Counted from the first letter of the stretch, positions 46,803 through 57,306 are shown. The stretch: 64,000 bases of DNA from Alphaproteobacteria bacterium (GCA_964291675.2 OZ219865.1:1056001-1120000), one strand, 5' to 3'. Numbers and translations: made by a program. Notes: generated by a model not told the origin, from the sequence alone.

Positions 46803-48626
46803 CTACTTCAACTGCGTCTGGACGTCGACCAGGGCGACCCCGCCGCGCGCGACCTCGGCCACGGCGTCGCGGAACGCGCCGGCGAGATCGGACGGGTGGG
46901 CGATCGGTCCCGTCCCCCAGGCGCCATAGCCGCGGGCGATCGCCGCGTAGTCGGGCTCTGGCGCGACCATGCGCTGGCCGATCCAGGCGTTGTCGACCGG
47001 GCGTCCGCGCGCTTGGGCGAGCGCGATCTGGTGTTCCTCGTCGTTGCCGAAGGACGTGTTGTTGTGCAGCACGACCAGGCACGGGATGCGGTAATGCGCC
47101 GCCGTCCACAGCGCCGACGGGTTCATCGTGAAATCGCCGTCTCCCAGGATGGCGAGCGGGAACTTGCCGCTGCCGCGCAGCGCGAGCGCCGCGCCCACCA
47201 CCCCGCCCGGCCCGTAGCCGACCCCGCCCCCGCCGTTGTGGCCCAAAAAACGCCCGGCGCCCGGAAAGTCCCAGATCCCCTCGTACCAGCAGCGCCCGTT
47301 GCGGCTGACCAGCACCCAGTCCCGCCCGCGCACCGCCTGCCACAGCTCCTCCATCATGCGCGGGACCGAGATCGGCACCGCGTCCCGGTCCTCCTGCGCC
47401 CGGGCGCGCTGGGCGGCGCGCAGCGCCTCGTGGCGCCGGGCAAGCTCCTCGCGGCGCTGCTGCGCGCGCCGGTACCAGGCCGGCGCGCCGTCCGCCCGGC
47501 GCTCGATCTCGGCGACGAGCTGGCCCAGCCCGTGCAGCGGGTCGGCGAGAAGCTGGACGTCGAGCGGGGCGAGCGCGCCGCCCGCGTTCGACCAGTGATC
47601 GACCGCGAGATCGTTGACCGAGAGCTCGATCACCTTGCGCGTGCCCGTGGTCGCGTTGCGCGTATCGCCGCGCGCGCCGGCATAGCCGCCGACCAGCGCG
47701 GTCAGATCGGGGCAGTCGATCCCCAGCACGACGTCGGACTCGCTGCGGATCGGGTTGGGCGGCGGGCGGTAGCCGCCGTTCAGGTTCTGCTTGTGCGCGG
47801 TCGGCACGCAGACGATGTCGGTGCCGTCCTGATAGGCCGCGCCCAGCAATTCGATCAGCCTGACCATGGGCGGCCCTGCCTCGGCATGGCGGCCGAAGCG
47901 CCCGCCGAAGACGAGCGGCATCGACGCTTCGGTCAGCAGGTCCACCGCCGCCGCGATCCCGGCCTGCGCGGCGGCGATGGGCGGCGCCGGGCGGTAGCGC
48001 GGCAGGCCGACATCGGGAAGCGCGGGCGGCTCGTCGAGGGGCTCCTCCTGGATCCCGGCGTCGATCGAGACGTAGGTCGGGCGCCGCGGCGCGCTCTCGG
48101 CGATGCGCCGCGCCCGCAACAGGGAGTCGAAGACCGCCTTGAGCGTCGGCGGCTCGTCGGTCCACTTGGTGTAGGGCCTGACCGATTCGCTCTGCGTGTT
48201 GGCCGAATGGAGCCAGTCGATGGCGCGGCGCTCGGCCGGGTCCGCCGGGCCGGACCCGCCGAGCACGAGGACCGGCACCTCGTCGGCCCAGGCGTTGTAG
48301 AACGCCATCATCGCGTGCTGCAGCCCGACAAGGTCGTGCAGGATCACGAGGCTCGCCTTGCCGGTGACCTTGCTGTAGCCCTGCGCCATGTGGAGCGCGA
48401 TCTCCTCGGCGCCGCAGAGGACGATCTCCGGCGTGGCGTTGCGCGTGTGGTTGACCAGCGAGTCGTGCAGCCCGCGGAAGCTCGATCCGGGGGTGAGCAT
48501 GACGTGCTCGAACCCCATCGCCTGGAGCAGCTCGCAGATCGCGTCCGAGCCGTACTCGGCGTCCGCCCGGTTGTGCGGCAGGTTGACCGGGACCTCGGAT
48601 GCGAAGCGGTCTGCGGGCTGGTCCAT
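46803..48626 (-). CDS. Thiamine diphosphate-dependent enzyme (acetolactate synthase/benzoylformate decarboxylase-like)
   Basis: PGSSFRGLHDS, EE, LHDLVGL, LGDGDF...HNN. Confidence 0.92.
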   Translation of the reverse strand: MDQPADRFASEVPVNLPHNRADAEYGSDAICELLQAMGFEHVMLTPGSSFRGLHDSLVNHTRNATPEIVLCGAEEIALHMAQGYSKVTGKASLVILHDLVGLQHAMMAFYNAWADEVPVLVLGGSGPADPAERRAIDWLHSANTQSESVRPYTKWTDEPPTLKAVFDSLLRARRIAESAPRRPTYVSIDAGIQEEPLDEPPALPDVGLPRYRPAPPIAAAQAGIAAAVDLLTEASMPLVFGGRFGRHAEAGPPMVRLIELLGAAYQDGTDIVCVPTAHKQNLNGGYRPPPNPIRSESDVVLGIDCPDLTALVGGYAGARGDTRNATTGTRKVIELSVNDLAVDHWSNAGGALAPLDVQLLADPLHGLGQLVAEIERRADGAPAWYRRAQQRREELARRHEALRAAQRARAQEDRDAVPISVPRMMEELWQAVRGRDWVLVSRNGRCWYEGIWDFPGAGRFLGHNGGGGVGYGPGGVVGAALALRGSGKFPLAILGDGDFTMNPSALWTAAHYRIPCLVVLHNNTSFGNDEEHQIALAQARGRPVDNAWIGQRMVAPEPDYAAIARGYGAWGTGPIAHPSDLAGAFRDAVAEVARGGVALVDVQTQLK

Positions 48627-48737
48627 CGCGGTCTCCTCTGGCCGGGAGGCGCCAGTTTGGCGGGCCGTCGGCGGGCTGCCAAGCCGGCCGGGCATCCCAT
48701 ATAGTCGGGTACGAGCACTCGACGAGGGGGGACGACA

Positions 48738-49163
48738 ATGGCCAAATCGATCGAGCATGTGCACTGGGCCGACGCGCCGGACATGTGGATGCCCTATGCG
48801 CCGGCGATCACCGTCACCGGCGGCAAGACGGTGTTCCTCGCCGGGGTGACGGCGGCGCCGGTCTACCACCACCACCCGCACCGCCCGGAAGAGTTCGACT
48901 CCATGCCCACCGACATGGAGGGCCAGTCGCGCGCGGCGCTCGATCAGCTCCGGCGCAGCCTGGAGGCGGTGGGCGCCGGCTTCTCCGACGTGGTCAGCGC
49001 CAACCGCTTCGTGACCGACCTCGGCGACCAGGATTCGCTCAACAAGGTCTGGGCCGAGTATTTCGGCGACAGCAAGCCGACCACCACCACGGTCCAGGTG
49101 GTCGAGCTCGCCACCGACCCGCGCTGCCTGGTCGAGATCAACGCGATCGCGGTGATCGATTGA
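48738..49163 (+). CDS. Rid family protein lacking the catalytic Arg
   Basis: VFLAG, GQSRAALDQL, NKVWAEYF, PTTTTVQV, LVEINAIA. Confidence 0.85.
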   Translation: MAKSIEHVHWADAPDMWMPYAPAITVTGGKTVFLAGVTAAPVYHHHPHRPEEFDSMPTDMEGQSRAALDQLRRSLEAVGAGFSDVVSANRFVTDLGDQDSLNKVWAEYFGDSKPTTTTVQVVELATDPRCLVEINAIAVID

Positions 49164-49167
49164 GCGC

Positions 49168-49869
49168 ATGGCGGCGGACCGGCTGATCGTCCCCTATGGC
49201 TGCGCGAGCTGGCGGGACGGCTGGATCGAAGAGGGACCCGACGGCCGGGTTCGCTGCACGGTGCCGCATGTCGTCATCGACCGGGCGGCGAACGCCCCGC
49301 TCCGCCTGCAGGACGGGCAATACGCGATCCCGCTTCCGGCTCGCGGCTCGCCGGACGAAGAGTTGCGCCAGATCGAGGACGACGCGGTCGCCCGCGCCGA
49401 TCCCTGGTCGAAGCCGCAGGCCGCCTTCCTGCGGCGCTACTTCGCGCATGTCCGCAGGATTGTCGAAAACGATGCCGGGGCGCTGACCGAAAGGCTCGGC
49501 ACGCTGCGCGGCCTGTTCGACCATCGGGCCTTCGTCTTTGCCGCGCCGCGCCCGCTGCCGCGCGCCTTCCTGACGGCCGAGGGCGGCATGATCCGCTGCG
49601 ACTGCGTCTTCTGGACCGGTGGCGGGGCGCTGGCGGTCGAGATCGAGGGAAGGACCGCCCCCCGTCCCGGCCGCGCGGACGAGCTCGCCCGGCTCGCCGC
49701 CGCCGGGGTGGCGGTGGTCCGCTGCCCGCCCGATGCGGAGATCGCCTCGCTCGGCCTGCCGCCGCTCTTCGAGCGCTTCGCCGAGGGGGTGTCGATCCCG
49801 TCCGGCCCCTTCAAGGCGCGCGGGATCGAGGCCTATGCCGAGCCTCAGATATCGAGCTCCAGCACGTAG
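49168..49869 (+). CDS. Hypothetical protein with possible PD-(D/E)xK-like C-terminal fold
   Basis: Fills the space after the Rid gene; RCDCVFW...LAVEIEG resembles DUF559-like motifs. Confidence 0.55.
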   Translation: MAADRLIVPYGCASWRDGWIEEGPDGRVRCTVPHVVIDRAANAPLRLQDGQYAIPLPARGSPDEELRQIEDDAVARADPWSKPQAAFLRRYFAHVRRIVENDAGALTERLGTLRGLFDHRAFVFAAPRPLPRAFLTAEGGMIRCDCVFWTGGGALAVEIEGRTAPRPGRADELARLAAAGVAVVRCPPDAEIASLGLPPLFERFAEGVSIPSGPFKARGIEAYAEPQISSSST

Positions 49870-51077
49870 AGCCCGCCGGTGAACCGGTCGACGGTGTAGA
49901 CGAGGCGGTTCTCGTCGACGAACACGTCGTTGAGCTGGACCGCGCCGACGCGCGAGCCCTCGGGCGTCGCCGGCACGTAATACGCGACCTCTTCCGGCCG
50001 GTAGGGGTCGGAGATGTCGTGCACCCGGATGCCGCCGTTGAAATAGGTGCCGAAGATCAGCACATCGGAGGAGAACGAGCCCGGCTGGTTCTCGTGGATG
50101 TTGTGCGACCCAAAGCGCCCGCCGCGCTCGCTGTACGCCTCGACGGGGGGCAGCGGCAGGGTCGAGATGGGAACCAGGTTGCTCTCGTCCCGCGCATCCA
50201 GCACCCAGGTAAGCTTGGGCCAGTCCCGCCCGGCATCGAGGATGCACTCGTCCGAGACCACCAGCAGGTCGCGGTCGAACAGCGGCAGCACGGTATGGCT
50301 GAACCCGTTCTGCGGCGGGTGCGGGTTCCACTGGCCGACCGGCTTCGGGTTCGCCATGTCGGCGATGTCGAGGATGTAGATGCCGCCGTCGATATAGGCG
50401 AGATAGACCCGGTCGGGACGCTCGGGATAGACGTTGGTGTTGTGCGCCCGCATGCCGATGTCGTAGGTCGGATGGCGCCTCGGCGGCGGCGCGTCGTCGC
50501 CGACCCTGGTTCCCGGCAGCCACCAGCGGCCGATTTCCACCGGCCTCGTCGGATCGGACACGTCGATCGAGCGGTAGAACTGGGAATCGGCCGGGTGGGT
50601 GGGCTCGAAATCGGCCGCCCCGCCGGAGAAATGAATGTACCTGCCGTCGGCGAACCAGAGCTGGTGCACCCCCATGGAGTGCGGCCCGGAGCAGTCGAAG
50701 AAGCCGACGGTGCGGGGCGATTCGGGGGTGCTCACGTCGAACAGCTCGATCCCCGCCGGCTCGAGGCCGAAGCCGGGGTCCATCAGCCCGCCCGGCCCCC
50801 GCGTCTGGTAGGCGACCGCCATGATGTCGCCCACCAGATCGAGCGAGTTGGACCGCATGTTGTTGTGCGCGAGGTCGGTCTGGACGATCACCCGCGGCCT
50901 GGCCGGGTCGGTCACGTCGACGCCGGTGAAATTCTTGGGCGGCCCTTCATGGGCGAGCCACAGGATGCGCCGCCCGCCGGAAGCCTCCTGGATCGCCATC
51001 CCCTCGCCCATGCCGCCCCAGCCGGCCAGCGGATCGTGGGCGATCAGCGTCATGTTGCGCGCTTCGTCCCGGCTCAT
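49845..51077 (-). CDS. LVIVD-repeat beta-propeller protein
   Basis: Repeated DVTDP/DVSTP/DVSDP/DIADM/DISDP units; conserved-looking His (GVHQ, RAHN, FSHT, GSHN). Confidence 0.88.
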   Translation of the reverse strand: MSRDEARNMTLIAHDPLAGWGGMGEGMAIQEASGGRRILWLAHEGPPKNFTGVDVTDPARPRVIVQTDLAHNNMRSNSLDLVGDIMAVAYQTRGPGGLMDPGFGLEPAGIELFDVSTPESPRTVGFFDCSGPHSMGVHQLWFADGRYIHFSGGAADFEPTHPADSQFYRSIDVSDPTRPVEIGRWWLPGTRVGDDAPPPRRHPTYDIGMRAHNTNVYPERPDRVYLAYIDGGIYILDIADMANPKPVGQWNPHPPQNGFSHTVLPLFDRDLLVVSDECILDAGRDWPKLTWVLDARDESNLVPISTLPLPPVEAYSERGGRFGSHNIHENQPGSFSSDVLIFGTYFNGGIRVHDISDPYRPEEVAYYVPATPEGSRVGAVQLNDVFVDENRLVYTVDRFTGGLYVLELDI

Positions 51078-51093
51078 CCCTTGCTCTCCCTGT

Positions 51094-52044
51094 TCACGCG
51101 CCGGCCGCTTCGAGCCCGCGCCGGAGATCGATCCGCTCGATCCCCTCGGCGATGACCACCAGCCGCGTCTCCGCCCGCCCGCCCGGCCACGCCTCCAACC
51201 CCGTCGGGGGGTGCAGCAGGTGATGGATCCCGTTCACCGCGATGGGAAAATCGTATTCCCGCGTGCGCACCACGCCCTTGATCCTGAGCACGTCGGCGCC
51301 GCGGAGCGCGGTCAGCGAATCGAGCCAGCGCACGAACCCGGCCCAGCGTAGCGGCCGCTCCACGACCAGACAATGCGCGGCGATCCCGCTGTGCGAAGCG
51401 TGGTCTCCGTCTTCGAACCGCCCCGGCACCGGGCTCGCCGGCGCCGTCAGCGTCCCGGCATCGACCGCCGCGCCCGGCAGCACCGGGGCGGTCGGGTTGA
51501 TGCGCGCCACCGTCCCGGCCAGCGCCGCCCCGGCGCCGGCCCCGGCGATGTCGAGCTTGGTCAGCGCGATCCGGTCGGCCGCCGCGATCTGGCGGCGCGC
51601 CTCGCCGTGGCGCTCGATCTGCGAGATGCCGTGGACCGCATCGACGGTGGCGGTCGCCGAGCCCGCCCGGAAGCGGCCGGCAAGCGCCGGATCGGTCGCG
51701 AGGGTCTGGAGGATGGGGCCGGGATCGGCGAGCCCCGTGGTCTCGACGATGACCCGCGAGAAGGACGGCACCAGCCCCGCCCGCCGCCGCCCGGCGAGGT
51801 CGGAGAGCGAATCGACCAGGTCGCCGCGAATCGAGCAGCAGATGCAGCCGCTGTTCAGGATCATCGTCTCCTCGGCCGCCTCGGTGATCAGCGCGTGGTC
51901 GACGGCGACCTCGCCGAACTCGTTGACGATCACCGCGCTGTCGCCGAGCGCGGGCGAGGCGAGCAGCCGGTTGAGCAGCGTCGTCTTGCCGCTCCCGAGA
52001 AACCCGGCGAGCACGTGGACCGGGATTTCGGCCCGCCCGGTCAC
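51094..52044 (-). CDS. CobW/COG0523 family GTPase metallochaperone
   Basis: GFLGSGKTT, NEFGE, GCICC, ETTGLADP, TKLD, RIKG. Confidence 0.93.
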   Translation of the reverse strand: MTGRAEIPVHVLAGFLGSGKTTLLNRLLASPALGDSAVIVNEFGEVAVDHALITEAAEETMILNSGCICCSIRGDLVDSLSDLAGRRRAGLVPSFSRVIVETTGLADPGPILQTLATDPALAGRFRAGSATATVDAVHGISQIERHGEARRQIAAADRIALTKLDIAGAGAGAALAGTVARINPTAPVLPGAAVDAGTLTAPASPVPGRFEDGDHASHSGIAAHCLVVERPLRWAGFVRWLDSLTALRGADVLRIKGVVRTREYDFPIAVNGIHHLLHPPTGLEAWPGGRAETRLVVIAEGIERIDLRRGLEAAGA

Positions 52045-52877
52045 GCCAGGAAGGCCAGCTCGGCCAGCTGCTCGTGGGTGGCGATCCACACCCAGTCGAG
52101 CCGCTTGACCATGTCGATGGCGGCCTTGAACTCGATGGCGCCGGCCGGGCGGCCGAACACATGGGCGTGCGCGGTCACGTCGACGGTGGCGTACGGGCTG
52201 CCGATCTCGTGCCAGCGGTCGAGGATGCGGGCGAGCCGCCGGGTGAACGCCTCGGGCTCGTGGCCGTAGCGCAGCGCGATGGGCAGGTCGTTGATGTCCA
52301 TCGTGACCGGCACGCAGGCGAGCGGACCCGCGGCGGTCCGGGTCAGGTAGGGCAGGTCGCGGTCGAACGCATCGAGCGTCCAGCGGAACCCGTGCCTGGC
52401 GAGAAGCTCGGCGGTGTTCTCGCTGCTGGTGGCGCGCGGGCTGACGAAACCCTCCGGGCGCTTGCGGATGCAGGCCTCGAACGCCTCCACCCCGCGGACG
52501 AGATCGCGTTCCTCGGTCTCGCGGTCCTGATAGACCGGGAGCAGGTTCTGCGCCCAGCCATGCGCGCCGACCGGATGGCCGTCGGCATCGATGCGCCGCA
52601 ACAGCTCGGGCCAGCGTTCGGCGATGATGCCGCTGGCGTATGCGGTGCAGGGGATGCCGGCCTCGGCGACGATGTCGAGCAACCGCCACGCGCCCACATT
52701 CATGCCATACAGCGCCCAGGACCGCGCCTGGGTATCGGGGAAGCCGGGCTTGAGCGGGTTGCCCATCGGCCCGACCCCGGGCGCCGCGTCGTCGGTCCAC
52801 GCCTCGCACATGATGTTGATGGACACCGCGATCCTGCGCCCCGCCGGCCAGCCCCGCGGCGGCTCCGTATTCGTCAT
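52041..52877 (-). CDS. Polysaccharide deacetylase family protein (PuuE allantoinase-like)
   Basis: GWPAGRRIAVSINI, YG..VGAWRL, HGW, DLPY, DIND, HAHVFGRP. Confidence 0.85.
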   Translation of the reverse strand: MTNTEPPRGWPAGRRIAVSINIMCEAWTDDAAPGVGPMGNPLKPGFPDTQARSWALYGMNVGAWRLLDIVAEAGIPCTAYASGIIAERWPELLRRIDADGHPVGAHGWAQNLLPVYQDRETEERDLVRGVEAFEACIRKRPEGFVSPRATSSENTAELLARHGFRWTLDAFDRDLPYLTRTAAGPLACVPVTMDINDLPIALRYGHEPEAFTRRLARILDRWHEIGSPYATVDVTAHAHVFGRPAGAIEFKAAIDMVKRLDWVWIATHEQLAELAFLA

Positions 52878-52932
52878 CCCGCGCCCGCTCCCGTTCGGCT
52901 TTTCCTATTCTCTCACAAAGCCGACGCCGCGG

Positions 52933-54330
52933 TCACAGCAGCCACCACGCCGCCAGCCCGAGAAAGGCGAAGAAGGCGATCGCGTCGGTGATCGTGGTCA
53001 GCAGCACGCCGGATGCGATCGCCGGGTCGATCGCGGTGCGCGACAGGCAGAACGGGATCGCCGTGCCGGCAAGCCCGGCGATGACCATGGTCACCGCCAT
53101 GGCCGCGGCCATCACCAGGCCGATCGACGGATCGCCCGACCAGACCCAGGCGACGATGCCGACGATGAGCGCGAACAGCACCCCGTTCAGCAGCCCGACC
53201 AGCCCTTCCTTCGACAGCACCCGCCAGGCATTGGCCGAGGTCAGGTCGCGCATCGCGATCGCCCGCACTGCGACGGTGAGCGACTGGGTGCCGGCATTGC
53301 CGCCCATCGAGGCGGCGATCGGCATCAGCACCGCGAGGATGACGATCTGCGCGATGGTCGCCTCGAACAGCCCGATGACGATGGAGGCGAGGATGGCCGT
53401 CAACAGGTTGACGAAGAGCCAGGAGAACCGCGCCTTGCCGGTGTCGATGACGGCCTCGTAGATGTCGGTCTCCGAAACGCCGCCGAGGCGCATCAGATCC
53501 TCCTCCGCCTCCCGGTGGATGACGTCGACGATGTCGTCGACGGTGATCACCCCGATCAGCCGCCCGACATCGTCGACCACCGGAGCCGAGACCAGATCCT
53601 TCTGGGCGAAGGCGTAGGCGACCTCTTCCTGGTCCATGCCGACCGGCACGGTCGCCACCTCGCGGCGCGACAGCTCGCGCATCGGCACCGGCCGTCTGGT
53701 GCGCAGCACGTGGCTCAGCGCCACCACGCCGACCGGGCGGTGGCCGGGATCGACCACGAAGATGTCGTAAAAGTCGTTGGGCAGGCTGTCGGCCTCGCGC
53801 AGGTAGTCGATGGTCTCGCCCACGGTCCAGAAGGTCGGCACCGCGACGAGGTCGCGCTGCATCAGCCGCCCCGCGCTGTCCTCCGGATAGGCGAGCCCCC
53901 GCTCCAGCGCGTTGCGCAGGGCGTCCGGGATCGCCTGCATCACCTCGCGCTGCCGGGCCTCGTCGAGCGCCGAGATCAGCAACAGCGCGTCGTCCGATTC
54001 GAGCCCGGCGATGGCGCCCGCCAGGCGCTTCGTGCCGAGGCGCTCGGCGATGTCCCCGAACACCGAGTCGTCGAGCTCGGGCAGGATCTGCGGCGGAAAG
54101 GCGGGCTCCAGGATGTCGACCACCCGGGCGCGGTGCTCGGCGTTGAGCTGCTCCAGGAGGTCGGCCACCTCGGCGAAATGGAGCGCGGCCACCAGAGCCG
54201 CCGCGCGCTCGTCCCGGCCGGTCTCCAGCGCATCGATCACCGCGCGCGCCACCGCCGGGTCGAGCCCGGCCAGCCCGGCAAGCACGGCGCCGTCGCCGGC
54301 TTCGGCCGCAGCCTCCTGCGACTGGCTCAT
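52933..54330 (-). CDS. mgtE: Magnesium transporter
   Basis: YPEDSAGRLM, CBS pair, ITVDD, MPIAASMGGNAGTQ, DPAIASG, TTITD. Confidence 0.96.
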   Translation of the reverse strand: MSQSQEAAAEAGDGAVLAGLAGLDPAVARAVIDALETGRDERAAALVAALHFAEVADLLEQLNAEHRARVVDILEPAFPPQILPELDDSVFGDIAERLGTKRLAGAIAGLESDDALLLISALDEARQREVMQAIPDALRNALERGLAYPEDSAGRLMQRDLVAVPTFWTVGETIDYLREADSLPNDFYDIFVVDPGHRPVGVVALSHVLRTRRPVPMRELSRREVATVPVGMDQEEVAYAFAQKDLVSAPVVDDVGRLIGVITVDDIVDVIHREAEEDLMRLGGVSETDIYEAVIDTGKARFSWLFVNLLTAILASIVIGLFEATIAQIVILAVLMPIAASMGGNAGTQSLTVAVRAIAMRDLTSANAWRVLSKEGLVGLLNGVLFALIVGIVAWVWSGDPSIGLVMAAAMAVTMVIAGLAGTAIPFCLSRTAIDPAIASGVLLTTITDAIAFFAFLGLAAWWLL

Positions 54331-54367
54331 GTCAGCCTCCGAACGGCGCGTAGGCCGGATACGGAAC

Positions 54368-54394
54368 GGGCCCGCCCCTCGATTGGGCGGGCCC
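54368..54394 (-). terminator. GC-rich hairpin 3' of tRNA (terminator or processing signal)
   Basis: gggcccgccc-ctcgatt-gggcgggccc; weak U tract. Confidence 0.45.
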
Positions 54395-54401
54395 GGCGAG
54401 A

Positions 54402-54488
54402 TGGTGCGGTCGAGAAGACTCGAACTTCCACGGGATTGCTCCCACAGCGACCTCAACGCTGCGCGTCTACCAGTTCCGCCACGACCGC
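54402..54488 (-). tRNA. tRNA-Leu(GAG)
   Basis: GCGGTCG acceptor stem, CAGCG-TTGAGGT-CGCTG anticodon arm, long variable arm, GTTCGAG, encoded CCA. Confidence 0.97.
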
Positions 54489-54590
54489 ATAGTTGTTGGA
54501 CTCGAGCCCTGCAATGGCCAAATTACGCGGGGCGGGCATAGCAAAATGCACTGCGCGCCGCAAGGCGCGCGGCGTGTCGGGGGATCGCCG

Positions 54591-55247
54591 ATGACGGTCG
54601 AGTGGGCTGTGCAGCCGGGTCTGCAGCCCTATGCGGATGCGGTGCGCAGGATGGAGGAACGGGTGGCCGCCATCCACGCCGGCACCGCGGACGAGCTTGT
54701 CTGGCTGGTGGAGCATCCGCCGCTCTATACCGCCGGCACCTCGGCGCGCGAGGACGACCTGCTGGCGCCGGGACGCTTTCCGGTGCACGCGACCGGCCGG
54801 GGCGGCGAATTCACCTATCACGGGCCGGGCCAGCGCGTGGCCTATCTGATGCTCGACCTGGCCCGGCGCGGGCGCGACGTGCGCCGTTTCGTGCGTTCCA
54901 TCGAGGCCTGGCTGATCGCCACGCTCGCCGAGCTCGGCGTCAGCGGCGAGCGGCGCGACGGGCGCGTCGGGATCTGGGTGGAGCGGCCCGGCGGCGAGGC
55001 CAAGATCGCGGCTGTCGGCCTCCGCCTGCGCCGCTGGATCAGCTATCACGGGGTGTCGCTCAACGTCGCGCCGGAGCTCTCGCATTACGACGGGATCGTC
55101 CCCTGCGGCATCGCCGGGCACGGCGTGACCTCGCTCGCCGAGCTCGGCGTCGCGGCCTCGATGGACGAGGTGGACGAGGCGCTGAAGCGTCACTTCCAGC
55201 GCGCGTTCGCCGTCACGACGGCGCGGCCGAGCGGCACAGCACGATGA
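54591..55247 (+). CDS. lipB: Lipoyl(octanoyl) transferase
   Basis: [39 protein letters not shown]. Confidence 0.96.
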   Translation: MTVEWAVQPGLQPYADAVRRMEERVAAIHAGTADELVWLVEHPPLYTAGTSAREDDLLAPGRFPVHATGRGGEFTYHGPGQRVAYLMLDLARRGRDVRRFVRSIEAWLIATLAELGVSGERRDGRVGIWVERPGGEAKIAAVGLRLRRWISYHGVSLNVAPELSHYDGIVPCGIAGHGVTSLAELGVAASMDEVDEALKRHFQRAFAVTTARPSGTAR

Positions 55248-55920
55248 ACCGGGCGGCCGCGTCGAGCTCGCGGCGCAGGACCTCGCGCGCCTCGCGGGCC
55301 TCGCCGTCCTCGCCCCAGCGACCGGCCTGGTAGCTCTCGTCGATCTGCGACGCGGCCCAGGCCTCCTCGACGCCGATCCGCCCGGCGGTCATGGCGAGCG
55401 CCAGCACGATCGAGCCGACCGCCCCGGTGGCGCGCTGGAAGGCGGCCAGCACGAAATCGTCGAACCCGGCCACCGCCTCGCGCAGCGCATCGACCGCCTC
55501 GCCGGGCTGCGGCGCCGGGATCAGCGCCGTGGTGACCTCGAGCCGGGCGCCGTATTCCTCGGCGATCCACGCCACCAGAGGGTCCCACGCCGCCTGCTGG
55601 CGCAGCCGCAACTCCTCCGGCGCCTCGACGCGGTAGCACACCAGATCGGTCTCGCCGTAGCCGGCGATCTCCGCCAACACCTCGTCCCGCTTCTCGCCCA
55701 CGATGTCGAGCGCCGTGTTGGCGAGCCTGGTGAGCGGCATCGACAACGGCGCCACGGTTTTCCCCTGGACCGACCATTCCCCGGCGATCGCCTCGGCGAG
55801 CGGGGCGCTCGGCAGCACCAGCGTCCGTTTTCCGGGCGTCCGCACCGGGCGGTCGTCGAGGAACACGCCGAACCCGCTTTCCGCCGGCGCGGAGCTCGCC
55901 CTCTCGTAGAACCGCCGCAA
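55213..55920 (-). CDS. ATP12 family F1 assembly chaperone
   Basis: [36 protein letters not shown]. Confidence 0.92.
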   Translation of the reverse strand: MRRFYERASSAPAESGFGVFLDDRPVRTPGKRTLVLPSAPLAEAIAGEWSVQGKTVAPLSMPLTRLANTALDIVGEKRDEVLAEIAGYGETDLVCYRVEAPEELRLRQQAAWDPLVAWIAEEYGARLEVTTALIPAPQPGEAVDALREAVAGFDDFVLAAFQRATGAVGSIVLALAMTAGRIGVEEAWAASQIDESYQAGRWGEDGEAREAREVLRRELDAAARFIVLCRSAAPS

Positions 55921-55935
55921 TTCCCGGACCGCTCG

Positions 55936-57174
55936 TTAGCCGGCGTCCGAATCCCGGAACACCGCGAGCGCCGCGTCGACGCCCGCGCCCGGCGGGGCGG
56001 CATAGCCGCACTGGCGCAGCGTCGCCTCGAAGGCGGCAAGGGTGGTGAGCACGGCGTCCTTGCGGCAGTTATAGGCCATCGTCCCGATGCGCCAGATTTT
56101 TCCGCGCAGCGGCCCGAAGGAGGTGCCGATCTCGATGCTGAAATCCTCCAGCATGGCACGGATCGCCCGGTCGCCGTCGACGCCGTCGGGGATGACGATT
56201 CCGGTGACGTTGACCATCTTGTTGTCGACGTCGCCGAAGATCTCCAGCCCCATCGCAAGCAGCCCGGCGACCAGCGCCCGCCCGACCAGGGCATGCCGGG
56301 CAAAGCGCGCGTCCAGCCCCTCCTCAAGCGCGATGCGGAAGCACTCCCGGGCGCCGTAGAGCATCGTCGTCGCCTCGGTGTGGTGGTTGAGCCGCATCTC
56401 GCTCCAGTAATCCATCAGCATCGGCAGGTCGAAATAGTTCGAGCGGATCTGCGCGCCTTCCGCCTCGGCCATGCCTTCCGGACGGATGCCCTGCTCGATG
56501 TGGTGCCGCGGACCGAGCGCCTCGACCACCCGCTCGTTGAAGGTGATGGGCGCCGAGCCGGACGGCCCCGACAGGCATTTCTGGAGACCCGCCGCGGCGG
56601 CGTCGATCTGCCAGTCGTCGACCGGCAGCGCCATCCCGCCCAGCGTCGCCGTGGCGTCGACGAACAGCAGCGCCCCGTGGCGCCGGCACAGCTTGCCGAT
56701 CTCGTCGAGCGGCTGGGCCATGGTGGTCGAGGTGTCGCCGTGCACCGCGGCCACCAGCTTGGGCCGTTCCCGTCTGAGCGCGTCCTCCACCCGGTCGGGG
56801 GTGAACACCGTGCCCCACTCGGTGTCGATCGTGCAAACCCGGGCGCCGGCCCGCTCGGCGATCTCGCAGAGAAGATGTCCGAACCGCCCGAATATCGGAA
56901 CCAGCACCCGGTCTCCCGGCTCGATCAGCGAGACCAGGATCGCCTCGATCGCCGCGCGCGCCGTCCCGTCGACCAGCAGCGACCAGTGGTTTTGGGTGCG
57001 CCACACCTGGCGCGACAGCGCCATGACCTCGTTCATGTAGCCGGTGAAGACGGGGTCGAACTGGCCCAGCATCGGCATCGACATCGCCCGCAATACGCGC
57101 GGATCGACATTGATGGGGCCCGGCCCCATCAACAGGCGCGGCGGCGGGTTGAGATCTCCGAAAGTTTCCGACAT
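55936..57174 (-). CDS. Class V aminotransferase, PucG-like (ureidoglycine-glyoxylate aminotransferase candidate)
   Basis: RLLMGPGP, GQFDP, VHGDTST, GLQKC, SNYFDL, LNHHTEAT, WRIGTM. Confidence 0.88.
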   Translation of the reverse strand: MSETFGDLNPPPRLLMGPGPINVDPRVLRAMSMPMLGQFDPVFTGYMNEVMALSRQVWRTQNHWSLLVDGTARAAIEAILVSLIEPGDRVLVPIFGRFGHLLCEIAERAGARVCTIDTEWGTVFTPDRVEDALRRERPKLVAAVHGDTSTTMAQPLDEIGKLCRRHGALLFVDATATLGGMALPVDDWQIDAAAAGLQKCLSGPSGSAPITFNERVVEALGPRHHIEQGIRPEGMAEAEGAQIRSNYFDLPMLMDYWSEMRLNHHTEATTMLYGARECFRIALEEGLDARFARHALVGRALVAGLLAMGLEIFGDVDNKMVNVTGIVIPDGVDGDRAIRAMLEDFSIEIGTSFGPLRGKIWRIGTMAYNCRKDAVLTTLAAFEATLRQCGYAAPPGAGVDAALAVFRDSDAG

Positions 57175-57306
57175 GGGCTGGCGCTTCCCCCCGATCTGCC
57201 GTTCCGACAGGGGGCGATAGCCCAAATCGCGCGGCGCCACAACGATTGCGCGTCGCAAAGCGGCCGGCCTTGGGCTAGGCTTCGCTCGATCAGGGAGCGA
57301 CCCGTC

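Noticed and set aside
54402-54488. tRNA-Leu as an island integration site
   Set aside because: Flanked by core mgtE and lipB; no integrase and no duplicated 3' end noticed in the window.
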